A stretch of DNA of 18,942 bases from a virus, in the UHGV virus genome UHGV-0121731; one strand, 5' to 3'. The notes beneath the pieces were generated by a model, which was not told where the DNA came from, did no database searches, and worked only from the letters and a program-made list of their open reading frames with translations. Position numbers and translations under genes: made by a program. How positions within the stretch are numbered: the stretch's first letter is position 1; each line of letters starts with the position of its first letter. Positions 7,684-15,851 of the stretch are shown here, piece by piece.

Positions 7684-9607
7684 TCCATCTTTTTTTGTTA
7701 GTAAATTAAAAGTTTTCCAAGCTGGGCATGAAGCCTTTAGCTGTGTTTTCCATAAAGGGGTAAATGTAATAAGGGGGCGAAATAGCTCTGGCAAAACTAC
7801 TGTTATGGATCTTTTAGCATTTTCACTTGGTGCTGAAAATATTAGCTTGAAACCAACAGCTCTTTTATGTTCATTTACCATGGTTGAAGTGCTTTTGAAT
7901 AATAATCTTGCCTGTTTTAAGCGGGAGATAAGTTCAGAATCCATGCGACCGTTGAGTATTTTTTGGGGCTCGATGGATAAAGCTCTTAACTCATCACCGA
8001 GTCAGTGGCAAACTTATCCTTTTAAGCGTTCAGAAAAATCACTGAGTTTTTCTCAGGTAATTTTAAATGCTTTAGATATGCCTCTAGCTCAAGGAGAGGG
8101 TGCTTCAATTTTAACAATGCATCAAATCCTACGTGTATTATATGCAGATCAGCCATCTCTTCATAGTCCTATATTTAGGAACGATAATTTTGATAGAGCT
8201 CTAACACGAGAGACTATTGGTGATTATTTATGTGGTATATTTGATGACAAACTTTATAGCTCTTTGATTAGGCTTAAACAGGTTGATTCTGAACTTTCGA
8301 CAAAAATTGTTGAGCTGAAAAGCATATTTAAAGTTCTTGGACGCTCTGGGCAATCGCAGCATGTAAGTTTTATTGACGATAAAATAAAAGAGCTAAGAGA
8401 GAAGAAAGAAAAGATCAATGGCGAGCTTATCTCTCTCAAAGAGAGTAATAACTCTTCTGTTAATGATAAAAATGCTGATAAAACTAAAACTAACAACCTT
8501 CGAAAAAAATTAAATAAAGCGAAGGAAGAAGAAGTAAAAAATATTGATAGTATCCATATGTTAGAAATGGAGATAGCTGACTCTGAAATGTTCATTAATG
8601 AGTTAGAATCCAGATTGCGCTCTCTTAATGAATCAAGTATTGCCAGAGACTATTTTAGCAACGTTAAATTTCAATTTTGTCCCAGTTGTTTAAGTGAGTT
8701 GAATATTTCCTCTGAAAATGAGTGCTCATTATGTAAAAATCACGCGCCAGAGGGTAGTGATGCTCCTCAATTATTAAGGATGAAAAATGAGATTTCTATC
8801 CAATTAAAAGAATCCAGAGATCTTCTTGAGCATAATTATGTAAAACTGAGAGAGCTTAAGAGCCAATCTCCTGCTTTAAAGCAAAAAGTGCGAGATTTAA
8901 TTCGTGAATATGAAGAAGTCTCTAAGGTTTGGGAAAATGCCTATGAAATAGAGTTTGAAACTCTTACTAAGGCTCTGGGACGTGTTGAAGAAGAAATTAA
9001 ACAGGCTTGTGAATTACAAAAACTTAGTGATGTAATATCTGATTTGCAAAAAGAACGTGATAGTCTGCAGTTAGAGAAGGAGAGATTGTCCTCTTTAATT
9101 GAATCTTTGGAGAGTAAAGAGGAATATAGGAAGAAGGATATTTCTAAAACTATAGAAAAAATTATGAAAAGACTTCTTAAAAAAGATCTTCCATTGCAGA
9201 CTGAATTTATTGATCCCAGAAAAGTTAATTTTAGCTTTGCCGATAATACTGTTTATGTAAATGGGGCTAAGTATTTTTCAGAAAGTTCAGCAGTTGTATT
9301 AAGACATCTCTTTCATTTAGCATTGTTAACTGCAAGCATTGAAAAAAAATACATGAGATTACCTCGTTTCCTAATGCTTGATGGAATTGACGATGGTGGA
9401 ATGGAGAAAGAGCGCAGTCACAATCTGCAGAAAATAATAGTACAAGAAACTCAATCGTATCAATATGATTTTCAAATAATTTATGCGACATCGGAGATTA
9501 ATCCAGAATATGAAAATACCGATTTGATTGTTGGTCGGTATTTTAATCCAGATGATAAATCATTAAAGATAAATTATACCGCTCTTGATAAAGATTTATT
9601 GAACTAA
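7670..9607 (+). CDS. SMC/Rad50-like ABC ATPase (645 aa) with split head, long K/E-rich coiled coil and central CxxC-x14-CxxC hook
   Basis: Walker A GRNSSGKTT at residues 36-44 (nt 7775-7801). Central Cys pairs CPSC...CSLC at nt 8678-8734. K/E-rich heptad-like region across roughly residues 200-520. C-terminal Walker B-like FLMLDGIDDGG (about nt 9371-9400) followed by ERSH. No Toprim or other nuclease domain is appended. Confidence 0.75.
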   Translation: MTILNPSFFVSKLKVFQAGHEAFSCVFHKGVNVIRGRNSSGKTTVMDLLAFSLGAENISLKPTALLCSFTMVEVLLNNNLACFKREISSESMRPLSIFWGSMDKALNSSPSQWQTYPFKRSEKSLSFSQVILNALDMPLAQGEGASILTMHQILRVLYADQPSLHSPIFRNDNFDRALTRETIGDYLCGIFDDKLYSSLIRLKQVDSELSTKIVELKSIFKVLGRSGQSQHVSFIDDKIKELREKKEKINGELISLKESNNSSVNDKNADKTKTNNLRKKLNKAKEEEVKNIDSIHMLEMEIADSEMFINELESRLRSLNESSIARDYFSNVKFQFCPSCLSELNISSENECSLCKNHAPEGSDAPQLLRMKNEISIQLKESRDLLEHNYVKLRELKSQSPALKQKVRDLIREYEEVSKVWENAYEIEFETLTKALGRVEEEIKQACELQKLSDVISDLQKERDSLQLEKERLSSLIESLESKEEYRKKDISKTIEKIMKRLLKKDLPLQTEFIDPRKVNFSFADNTVYVNGAKYFSESSAVVLRHLFHLALLTASIEKKYMRLPRFLMLDGIDDGGMEKERSHNLQKIIVQETQSYQYDFQIIYATSEINPEYENTDLIVGRYFNPDDKSLKINYTALDKDLLN

Positions 9608-9612
9608 CAACC

Positions 9613-9640
9613 AAAACCATGCATAACCATGCATGGTTTT
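9613..9640 (+). terminator. Intrinsic terminator after the cargo operon
   Basis: Perfect hairpin AAAACCATGCAT-aacc-ATGCATGGTTTT starting 6 nt after the ATPase stop. The stem ends in a T-run on the + strand and an A-run precedes it, so it could terminate in both directions. Confidence 0.6.
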
Positions 9641-9740
9641 GCATTTATATCAGCTTGTTTTTGAATCGGGGCAAGTCCAGAGGTGGTAAGCTGTTTGGAG
9701 AAAACTGCAACTGCATTAAAACCGCCCCACGAAGCGGGCG

Positions 9741-9759
9741 GGCGAGGCGGGGAAAGCAC
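9741..9759. other. P2-type cos site (19-nt cohesive-end sequence GGCGAGGCGGGGAAAGCAC)
   Basis: Exact match to the P2 cohesive-end sequence as I remember it, located between the hotspot and portal gene Q as in P2 prophage maps. The sequence is recalled, not looked up. Confidence 0.6.
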
Positions 9760-9901
9760 TGCGCGCTGGCGGTGGTGCTGATTTTATTTTTTCAGCGTCT
9801 GAGCGCGTCGTGATGGCGTTTAGATTGTTAGCCGGGGCGTTGGTGTGTCTGCGGGCTGTTTTGTGCGGTGGTGAGCGTGTGAGGGCGTGATGGCGGGTTG
9901 T

Positions 9902-9923
9902 AAAAAAGCCGCCCGCAGGCGGC
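9902..9923 (-). terminator. Intrinsic terminator of the leftward P-Q transcript
   Basis: GCCGCC-cgca-GGCGGC hairpin (9908-9923) lying 5 nt downstream of the Q stop on the minus strand and followed on that strand by a run of six T (AAAAAA on + at 9902-9907). Confidence 0.6.
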
Positions 9924-9928
9924 GATGT

Positions 9929-10963
9929 TCAGCCGTTGTCAGTGTCCAGTGAGTAGTTTTTAAAGCGGATGACCTCCTGACCGAGCCAGCCGTTTATCTC
10001 GCGGATCCTGTCCTGTAACGGGATAAGCTCATTGCGGACAAAGACCTTTGCCACTTTCTCAATATCACCCAGCGACCCGACGTTCTCCGGCTTGCCCCCC
10101 ATCAACTGAAAGGGGATGCGGTGCGCGTCCAGCAGGTCAGCGGCGCTGGCTTTTTTGATATTAAAAAAATCGTCCTTCGTTGCCACTTCACTGAGCGGGA
10201 TAATTTTAATGCCGTCGGCTTTCCCCTGTGGGGCATAGAGAAACAGATTTTTAAAGTTATTGCGGCCTTTCGACTTAACCATGTTTTCGCGAAGCATTTC
10301 GATATCGTTGCGATCCTGCACGGCATCAGTGACGTACATGATGTATCCGGCATGTGCGCCGTTTTCGTAATACTTGCGGCGGAACAGCGTGGCCGACTCA
10401 TTCAGCCAGGCAGAGTTAAGGGCGCTGAGATATTCCGGCAGGCCGTACAGCTCCTGATTAATATCCGGCTCCAGCAGGTGAAACACGGAGCCGGGCGTGA
10501 AAGGTGTCGGCTCGTTGAAGGACGGCACCCACCAGTAAACATCCTCCTCCACCCCACGGCGGGTATATTTTGCCGGTGAGGTTTCCAGTCTGATGACCTT
10601 ACCGGTAGTGCTGTAACGCTTTTCCAGAAACGCATTACCGAACACCAGAAAATCCAGCACAAAGCGGCTGAAATCCTGCTGAGAAAGCCACGGATGCGGG
10701 ATAAATGTCGAGGCCAGAATATTGCGTTTGACGTAAATTGGTGAGCTGTGATGCACGGCAGCACGCAGGCTTTTTGCCAGACCGGTAAAGCTGACCGGTG
10801 GCTCATACCATCTGCCGTTACTGATGCACTCGACGTAATCCAGAATGTCACGGCGGTCGAGTACCGGCACCGGCTCACCAAAGGTGAATGCTTCCATTTT
10901 CGGGGCGCTGGCGGTCATTTTTTTTGCCGCAGGTTGCGGTGTTTTCCCTTTTTTCTTGCTCAT
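9929..10963 (-). CDS. Q: Portal protein, P2 gpQ family (344 aa)
   Basis: Length identical to P2 Q. Product starts MSKKKGKTPQPAAKK with a GGAG ribosome-binding site. Its start overlaps the stop of the upstream terminase remnant (TGATG), as in the P2 P-Q operon. Confidence 0.85.
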   Translation of the reverse strand: MSKKKGKTPQPAAKKMTASAPKMEAFTFGEPVPVLDRRDILDYVECISNGRWYEPPVSFTGLAKSLRAAVHHSSPIYVKRNILASTFIPHPWLSQQDFSRFVLDFLVFGNAFLEKRYSTTGKVIRLETSPAKYTRRGVEEDVYWWVPSFNEPTPFTPGSVFHLLEPDINQELYGLPEYLSALNSAWLNESATLFRRKYYENGAHAGYIMYVTDAVQDRNDIEMLRENMVKSKGRNNFKNLFLYAPQGKADGIKIIPLSEVATKDDFFNIKKASAADLLDAHRIPFQLMGGKPENVGSLGDIEKVAKVFVRNELIPLQDRIREINGWLGQEVIRFKNYSLDTDNG

Positions 10964-11235
10964 CAGTAAAACTCCAGAATGGTGGATGTCAGCGAGGTGC
11001 TGATACCGGCGGTGAGTGGCTCATTTAACAGGGCGTGCATGGTCGCCCAGGCGAGGTCGGCGTGGCTGGCTTCCTCGCTGCGGCTGGCCTCATAGGTGGC
11101 GCTGCGTCCGCTGCTGGTCATGGTCTTGCGGATAGCCATAAACGAGCTGGTGATGTCGGTGGCGCTGACGTCATATTCCAGACAGCCACGACGGATAACG
11201 TCTTTTGCCTTGAGCACCATTGCGGTTTTCATTTC
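10963..11235 (-). pseudogene. P: Terminase large subunit (P2 gpP family), C-terminal remnant only (about 90 codons of an expected ~590)
   Basis: The minus-strand frame ending ...SLTSTILEFY is coupled to the Q start as in P2, but the reading frame runs into the S remnant and V/W on the opposite strand within about 300 bp, so the 5' ~1.5 kb of P is absent. Confidence 0.7.
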
Positions 11236-11664
11236 CGGTGTGTGACCGGACTGATTGAATCGCTGTCACCGTCAGGGCGTCGGCGACTGAGCGCCGAACT
11301 GGCGAAACGTCTGCGTCAGAGTCAGCAGCGTCGGGTGATGGCACAGAAAGCCCCGGACGGCACACCCTACGCGCCACGCCAGCAGCAGAGCGCCAGAAAA
11401 AAGACTGGTCGTGTTAAGCGAAAAATGTTTGCGAAACTTATCACCAGTCGTTTTTTGCATATCCGCGCCAGCCCGGAACAGGCATCAATGGAATTTTACG
11501 GCGGGAAGTCGCCGAAAATCGCCAGTGTGCATCAGTTCGGTCTGTCGGAAGAAACCCGGAAAGACGGTAAGAAAATTGATTATCCGGCGCGTCCTCTGCT
11601 CGGCTTTACCGGTGAGGATGTGCAGATGATTGAAGAGATTATCCTGGCTCACCTCGACCGTTAG
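11236..11664 (+). pseudogene. S: Tail completion protein (P2 gpS family) lacking its start and first residues
   Basis: Frame reading ...LSPSGRRRLSAELAKRLRQSQQRRVMAQKAPDGTPYAPRQ... to a stop at 11664 resembles gpS-type proteins. No start codon or ribosome-binding site is present, and it abuts the terminase remnant on the other strand. Confidence 0.65.
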
Positions 11665-11696
11665 TTGTGCCATCCCCGACACCTCATCGTCACATT

Positions 11697-11718
11697 GCCG
11701 CCGGTATGACCCGGCGGC
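11697..11718 (+). terminator. GC-rich hairpin between the S remnant and V (GCCGCCGG-tatgac-CCGGCGGC); possible operon boundary element
   Basis: Perfect 8-bp GC stem with no clear U-tract, so terminator function is doubtful. Confidence 0.2.
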
Positions 11719-11730
11719 ATCCTTCCCGTT

Positions 11731-12366
11731 ATGAACACTCTCGCAAATATTCAGGAACTCGCGCGCGCACTGCGCAACATGATCCGCACCGGCGTTATCG
11801 TCGAAACCGACCTTAACGCCGGTCGCTGCCGTGTGCAGACCGGCGGCATGTGCACTGACTGGCTTCAGTGGCTGACCCATCGCGCCGGACGTTCGCGCAC
11901 ATGGTGGGCACCTTCCGTGGGGGAACAGGTGCTGATTCTGGCCGTGAGCGGTGAACTCGACACGGCGTTCGTTCTGCCGGGGATTTATTCCGGCGATAAC
12001 CCCGCGCCGTCTGCGTCGTCTGATGCCCTGCATATCCGTTTCCCTGACGGGGCGGTGATTGAATATGAACCCGAAACCAGTGCACTTACGGTAAGCGGAA
12101 TTAAAACGGCCAGCGTGACGGCTTCTGATTCTGTTACCGCCACGGTGCCGGTGGTCACGGTGAAAGCGTCAACCCGTGTCACCCTGGACACACCGGAAGT
12201 GGTCTGCACTAACAAACTGACTACCGGCACGCTGGAAGTGCAGAAGGGCGGGACGATGCGCGGCAACATTGAACACACCGGCGGTGAACTCTCATCAAAC
12301 GGTAAGGTACTGCATACCCATAAACACCCCGGCGACAGTGGCGGCACAACAGGGGGACCTCTATGA
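11731..12366 (+). CDS. V: Baseplate central spike protein, P2 gpV family (211 aa)
   Basis: Length identical to P2 V. N-terminus MNTLANIQELARALRNMIRTG and C-terminus HTHKHPGDSGGTTG match my recollection of gpV. Confidence 0.9.
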   Translation: MNTLANIQELARALRNMIRTGVIVETDLNAGRCRVQTGGMCTDWLQWLTHRAGRSRTWWAPSVGEQVLILAVSGELDTAFVLPGIYSGDNPAPSASSDALHIRFPDGAVIEYEPETSALTVSGIKTASVTASDSVTATVPVVTVKASTRVTLDTPEVVCTNKLTTGTLEVQKGGTMRGNIEHTGGELSSNGKVLHTHKHPGDSGGTTGGPL

Positions 12367-12710
12367 CTGCGCGTTATCTCGGAATGAATCGCAGTGATGG
12401 CCTGACGGTCACTGACCTTGAGCATATCAGCCAGAGTATCGGCGATATCCTGCGCACACCGGTCGGCTCACGGGTGATGCGTCGTGATTACGGCTCGTTG
12501 CTGGCGTCAATGATTGACCAGCCGCAGATCCCGGCGCTTGAGTTGCAGATTAAGGTCGCCTGTTACATGGCGGTGCTGAAATGGGAACCCCGCGTCACCC
12601 TGTCATCCGTCACCACGGCGCGCAGTTTTGACGGGCGAATAACGGTCACGTTAACCGGTCAGCACAACGACACCGGCCAGCCACTTTCGTTAACCATCCC
12701 TGTGAGTTGA
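12363..12710 (+). CDS. W: Baseplate wedge protein, P2 gpW family (115 aa)
   Basis: Same length as P2 W, with an ATGA-coupled start to V. Confidence 0.85.
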   Translation: MTARYLGMNRSDGLTVTDLEHISQSIGDILRTPVGSRVMRRDYGSLLASMIDQPQIPALELQIKVACYMAVLKWEPRVTLSSVTTARSFDGRITVTLTGQHNDTGQPLSLTIPVS

Positions 12711-12714
12711 AACC

Positions 12715-13623
12715 ATGCCGATTATCGACCTGAACCAGCTACCCGCACCGGATGTGGTCGAGGAGCTGGACTTTGAAACCATTCTTGCCGAACGCAAGGC
12801 GACACTGATTTCCCTTTACCCGGAAGACCAGCAGGAGGCGGTCGCCCGTACCCTGATGCTGGAATCTGAGCCTCTCGTCAAACTGCTGGAGGAAAATGCT
12901 TATCGTGAGCTTATCTGGCGTCAGCGTGTGAATGAGGCCGCACGGGCGGTAATGCTGGCCTGTGCCGCCGGTAATGACCTTGATGTGATTGGTGCCAATT
13001 ACAACACCACGCGCCTGATTATCACCCCGGCAGATGATTCGACTATCCCGCCGACACCGGCAGTGATGGAATCTGACACCGATTATCGTCTGCGTATTCA
13101 GCAGGCGTTTGAAGGTTTAAGCGTCGCCGGGTCAGTGGGAGCCTATCAGTATCATGGTCGCAGTGCCGACGGGCGTGTCGCGGATATCTCTGTCACCAGT
13201 CCGTCTCCGGCCTGTGTCACTATCTCTGTGCTGTCTCGCGAAAATAACGGTATCGCATCCGAAGACCTGCTGGCGGTGGTGCGCAACGCCCTTAATGGTG
13301 AGGACGTCAGGCCGGTGGCCGACCGCGTGACCGTGCAGTCTGCCGCCATCGTTGAATACCAGATAAACGCCACGCTTTACCTTTACCCTGGTCCTGAAAG
13401 CGAACCCATCCGCGCTGCTGCCGTGAAAAAACTGGAAGCGTACATCACGGCACAGCACCGGCTGGGGCGCGACATCCGTCTGTCTGCCATTTATGCCGCT
13501 TTGCATGTGGAAGGCGTGCAGCGTGTCGAGCTGGCCGCACCACTGGCCGACATTGTGCTCAACAGTACGCAGGCGTCTTTCTGCACCGAATACAGCGTCG
13601 TGACCGGAGGCTCGGATGAGTGA
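12715..13623 (+). CDS. J: Baseplate wedge protein, P2 gpJ family (302 aa)
   Basis: Same length as P2 J and correct position in the conserved V-W-J-I order. Confidence 0.85.
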   Translation: MPIIDLNQLPAPDVVEELDFETILAERKATLISLYPEDQQEAVARTLMLESEPLVKLLEENAYRELIWRQRVNEAARAVMLACAAGNDLDVIGANYNTTRLIITPADDSTIPPTPAVMESDTDYRLRIQQAFEGLSVAGSVGAYQYHGRSADGRVADISVTSPSPACVTISVLSRENNGIASEDLLAVVRNALNGEDVRPVADRVTVQSAAIVEYQINATLYLYPGPESEPIRAAAVKKLEAYITAQHRLGRDIRLSAIYAALHVEGVQRVELAAPLADIVLNSTQASFCTEYSVVTGGSDE

Positions 13624-14227
13624 TTCGCGCCTGCTGCCGACCGGCTCATCACCGCTTGAAGTCGCCGCCGCAAGAGCCTGTGCGGAAATTGAAAAAACGC
13701 CGGTCAGTATTCGTGAGCTGTGGAACCCGGATACCTGTCCGGCAAATCTGCTGCCGTGGCTGGCGTGGTCATTTTCGGTTGACCGCTGGGATGATAAGTG
13801 GCCGGAAGCGACAAAACGCGCTGTTATCCGCGATGCGTATTTCATTCACTGCCATAAGGGCACTATTGGTGCGATTCGCCGTGTGGTGGAGCCGCTCGGC
13901 TATCTGATTGAGGTGAGGGAGTGGTGGCAGCTCAACGAGGAGCCGGGGACGTTCCGCATCGTTGTTGGCGTGCTTGAGCAGGGTATTACCGAGGAAATGT
14001 ATCAGGAGCTGGAGCGTCTCGTTGCTGATGCAAAACCTGCAAGCCGCCATCTGACGGGACTGGCTATCAGTTTAAGTACAACCGGCAACATTTTTGTCGG
14101 TGCGGGATGCTATCACGGCGACGCCCTGACGGTTTATCCCTACACCCCGGAGGCCATTATTGTCGGAGGGGATTATTTCCCGGCCTCGGCCATTCATTTA
14201 ATTGATAACCTGAGAGTAAACGCATGA
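13616..14227 (+). CDS. I: Baseplate/tail protein, P2 gpI family (203 aa)
   Basis: Position in the conserved V-W-J-I-H order and overlapping start/stop with both neighbours. Confidence 0.75.
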   Translation: MSDSRLLPTGSSPLEVAAARACAEIEKTPVSIRELWNPDTCPANLLPWLAWSFSVDRWDDKWPEATKRAVIRDAYFIHCHKGTIGAIRRVVEPLGYLIEVREWWQLNEEPGTFRIVVGVLEQGITEEMYQELERLVADAKPASRHLTGLAISLSTTGNIFVGAGCYHGDALTVYPYTPEAIIVGGDYFPASAIHLIDNLRVNA

Positions 14228-15408
14228 CAGTGAAATACTACGCCATTCTGACTAATCAGGGCGCAGCACGGCTGGCTAACGCGACGATGCTCGGCAGTAA
14301 GCTGAATCTGACGCAAATGGCCGTTGGTGATGCGAATGGTGTCTTGCCGACACCAGACCCGGCACAGATAAAACTGATTAACCAGAAACGCATCGCGCCG
14401 CTGAATCTTCTGAGTGTTGACCCGAACAACCAGAGTCAGATTATTGCGGAGCAAATCATCCCTGAGAACGAGGGCGGATTCTGGATCCGTGAGATTGGGC
14501 TTTATGATGATGAAGGCGTACTCATTGCGGTGGCGAACTGCCCGGAAACGTACAAACCGCAGTTGCAGGAAGGCAGTGGTCGTACCCAGACTATCCGCAT
14601 GATTCTGGTTGTCACGAATACCGAAGCTATCACGCTGAAAATCGACCCGTCGGTGGTACTGGCGACCCGTAAATATGTGGATGATGAAGTCCTGGAATTA
14701 AGGCTGTATGTGGATGACCAGATGAGCAAACACATTGCCGCACAGGACCCTCATACCCAGTATGCACAGAAACATAATCCGACATTTACCGGAGAACCAA
14801 AAGCACCGACGCCTGCCGCAGGAAATAACACCACGCGGATTGCGACCACTGCGTTTGTACAGGCCGCTATTACCGCTCTGATTAACGGTGCGCCTGACAC
14901 GCTGGACACACTGAAAGAAATTGCCGCGGCCATTAACAATGACCCGAAATTCAGCACCACCATTAACAATGCGCTGGCAGGTAAACAACCGCTGGACAAT
15001 ACGCTGACTCATTTGAGTGGAAAGGATGTTGCCGGTCTTCTCGCATACCTTGGTTTGGGAGAAGCGGCGAAAAGGGATGTGGGCACAGGAGATAATCAGA
15101 TACCGGATATGGGAGCATTCGCTTCTGGTTCGGGATGGTTCAGGCTACCAGGTGGATATATTGTTCAGTTTGGCACTTTTGCAGGAAACACGACCCGCTT
15201 TATCAGTGGACACTTCCCTATACCATTCCCTAATCAGCCGATGGTTTCAGTCAGTGTTATGTCTGATGCCGTTCAGTCAGACCCGTCGATTCCTGCCCCG
15301 CAGGTTTTGTCTGTAAATTTTGAACATATCAGTAATTCAGCGTGGCGTGTGGCAACCAGTGATATCTCACAGCAATACAGATTCAGTTATATTTCGATAG
15401 GACGGTAG
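14224..15408 (+). CDS. H: Tail fibre protein (394 aa): constant N-terminal part (to about nt 15050) fused to the currently expressed variable C-terminal segment
   Basis: The N-terminus MTVKYYAILTNQGAARLANATMLGSKLNLTQMAVGDANG is the conserved tail-fibre N-domain of P2 H-type proteins. The invertase crossover site lies inside the ORF at 15038-15063. Confidence 0.85.
   Translation: MTVKYYAILTNQGAARLANATMLGSKLNLTQMAVGDANGVLPTPDPAQIKLINQKRIAPLNLLSVDPNNQSQIIAEQIIPENEGGFWIREIGLYDDEGVLIAVANCPETYKPQLQEGSGRTQTIRMILVVTNTEAITLKIDPSVVLATRKYVDDEVLELRLYVDDQMSKHIAAQDPHTQYAQKHNPTFTGEPKAPTPAAGNNTTRIATTAFVQAAITALINGAPDTLDTLKEIAAAINNDPKFSTTINNALAGKQPLDNTLTHLSGKDVAGLLAYLGLGEAAKRDVGTGDNQIPDMGAFASGSGWFRLPGGYIVQFGTFAGNTTRFISGHFPIPFPNQPMVSVSVMSDAVQSDPSIPAPQVLSVNFEHISNSAWRVATSDISQQYRFSYISIGR
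15038..15063. other. Left crossover site of the invertible segment (26 bp, TTCTCGCATACCTTGGTTTGGGAGAA)
   Basis: Imperfect dyad with the Hin/Gin-family site shape. Its right 14 bp (TTGGTTTGGGAGAA) are identical to the reverse complement of the site at 16914-16939. It encodes the LGLGE join in the fibre protein. Confidence 0.65.
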
Positions 15409-15410
15409 AA

Positions 15411-15851
15411 ATGCAGAAATATATTTTCAGTGCCGATAAAAATGCGTTTTTCCCTGTGGAGCTTAAAATCGCTTATCAGGAATCCGGCGAATGGCCCGAT
15501 GATGGAATCGAAATTGACGACACTGTTGCTGCCGAATTTATGAAGGAAGCACCAGAAGGAAAATACAGAGGTGTCATCGACGGAATGCCTGCATGGATTG
15601 ATATTCCACCGCCAACTCATGAGGAACAAATTGCCGCAGCCGAACTGAAAAAGCAGCAATTGATTAATCAGGTCAACGAATACATAAACAGTAAGCAATG
15701 GCCTGGTAAAGCGGCGATTGGTCGCCTGAAAGGTGAGGAACTGGTGCAATATAATTTGTGGCTGGATTATCTGGACGCACTGGAACTGGTCGATACTTCC
15801 GGTGCGCCAGATATTGAATGGCCTACGCCTCCGGCAGTTCAGGCCAGATGA
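15411..15851 (+). CDS. Tail fibre assembly chaperone for the current orientation (146 aa)
   Basis: Immediately follows the fibre gene. C-terminus LWLDYLDALELVDTSGAPDIEWP is the conserved tail-fibre-assembly C-terminal motif. Confidence 0.8.
   Translation: MQKYIFSADKNAFFPVELKIAYQESGEWPDDGIEIDDTVAAEFMKEAPEGKYRGVIDGMPAWIDIPPPTHEEQIAAAELKKQQLINQVNEYINSKQWPGKAAIGRLKGEELVQYNLWLDYLDALELVDTSGAPDIEWPTPPAVQAR

Noticed and set aside
7670-9607. Possibility that the hotspot ATPase is P2 Old, or an RloC-like anticodon nuclease
   Set aside because: Old-family proteins carry a C-terminal Toprim nuclease and lack a long coiled coil. RloC is longer and has a C-terminal nuclease domain. This protein ends with the ATPase head, so neither fits, though only an HMM search can settle it.
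9619-9813. 64-aa ORF spanning the cos region
   Set aside because: Runs through the cohesive-end site and a GC-rich non-coding stretch; Arg/Gly-rich with no ribosome-binding site.
10102-10881. Several 99-159 aa ORFs on both strands overlapping the portal gene (10102-10401, 10121-10579, 10402-10881)
   Set aside because: Cys/Arg-rich products typical of out-of-frame reading of GC-rich coding DNA; the portal frame accounts for the region.
11485-12425. Minus-strand ORFs of 90-182 aa antisense to the S remnant and V (11485-12033, 11813-12085, 11985-12425)
   Set aside because: Antisense to recognisable structural genes in high-GC sequence; Arg/Pro/Ser-rich with no start context.
13132-13845. 237-aa minus-strand ORF antisense to J and I
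   Set aside because: Long only because the region is GC-rich and lacks stops by chance; J and I are supported by size, order and coupling.
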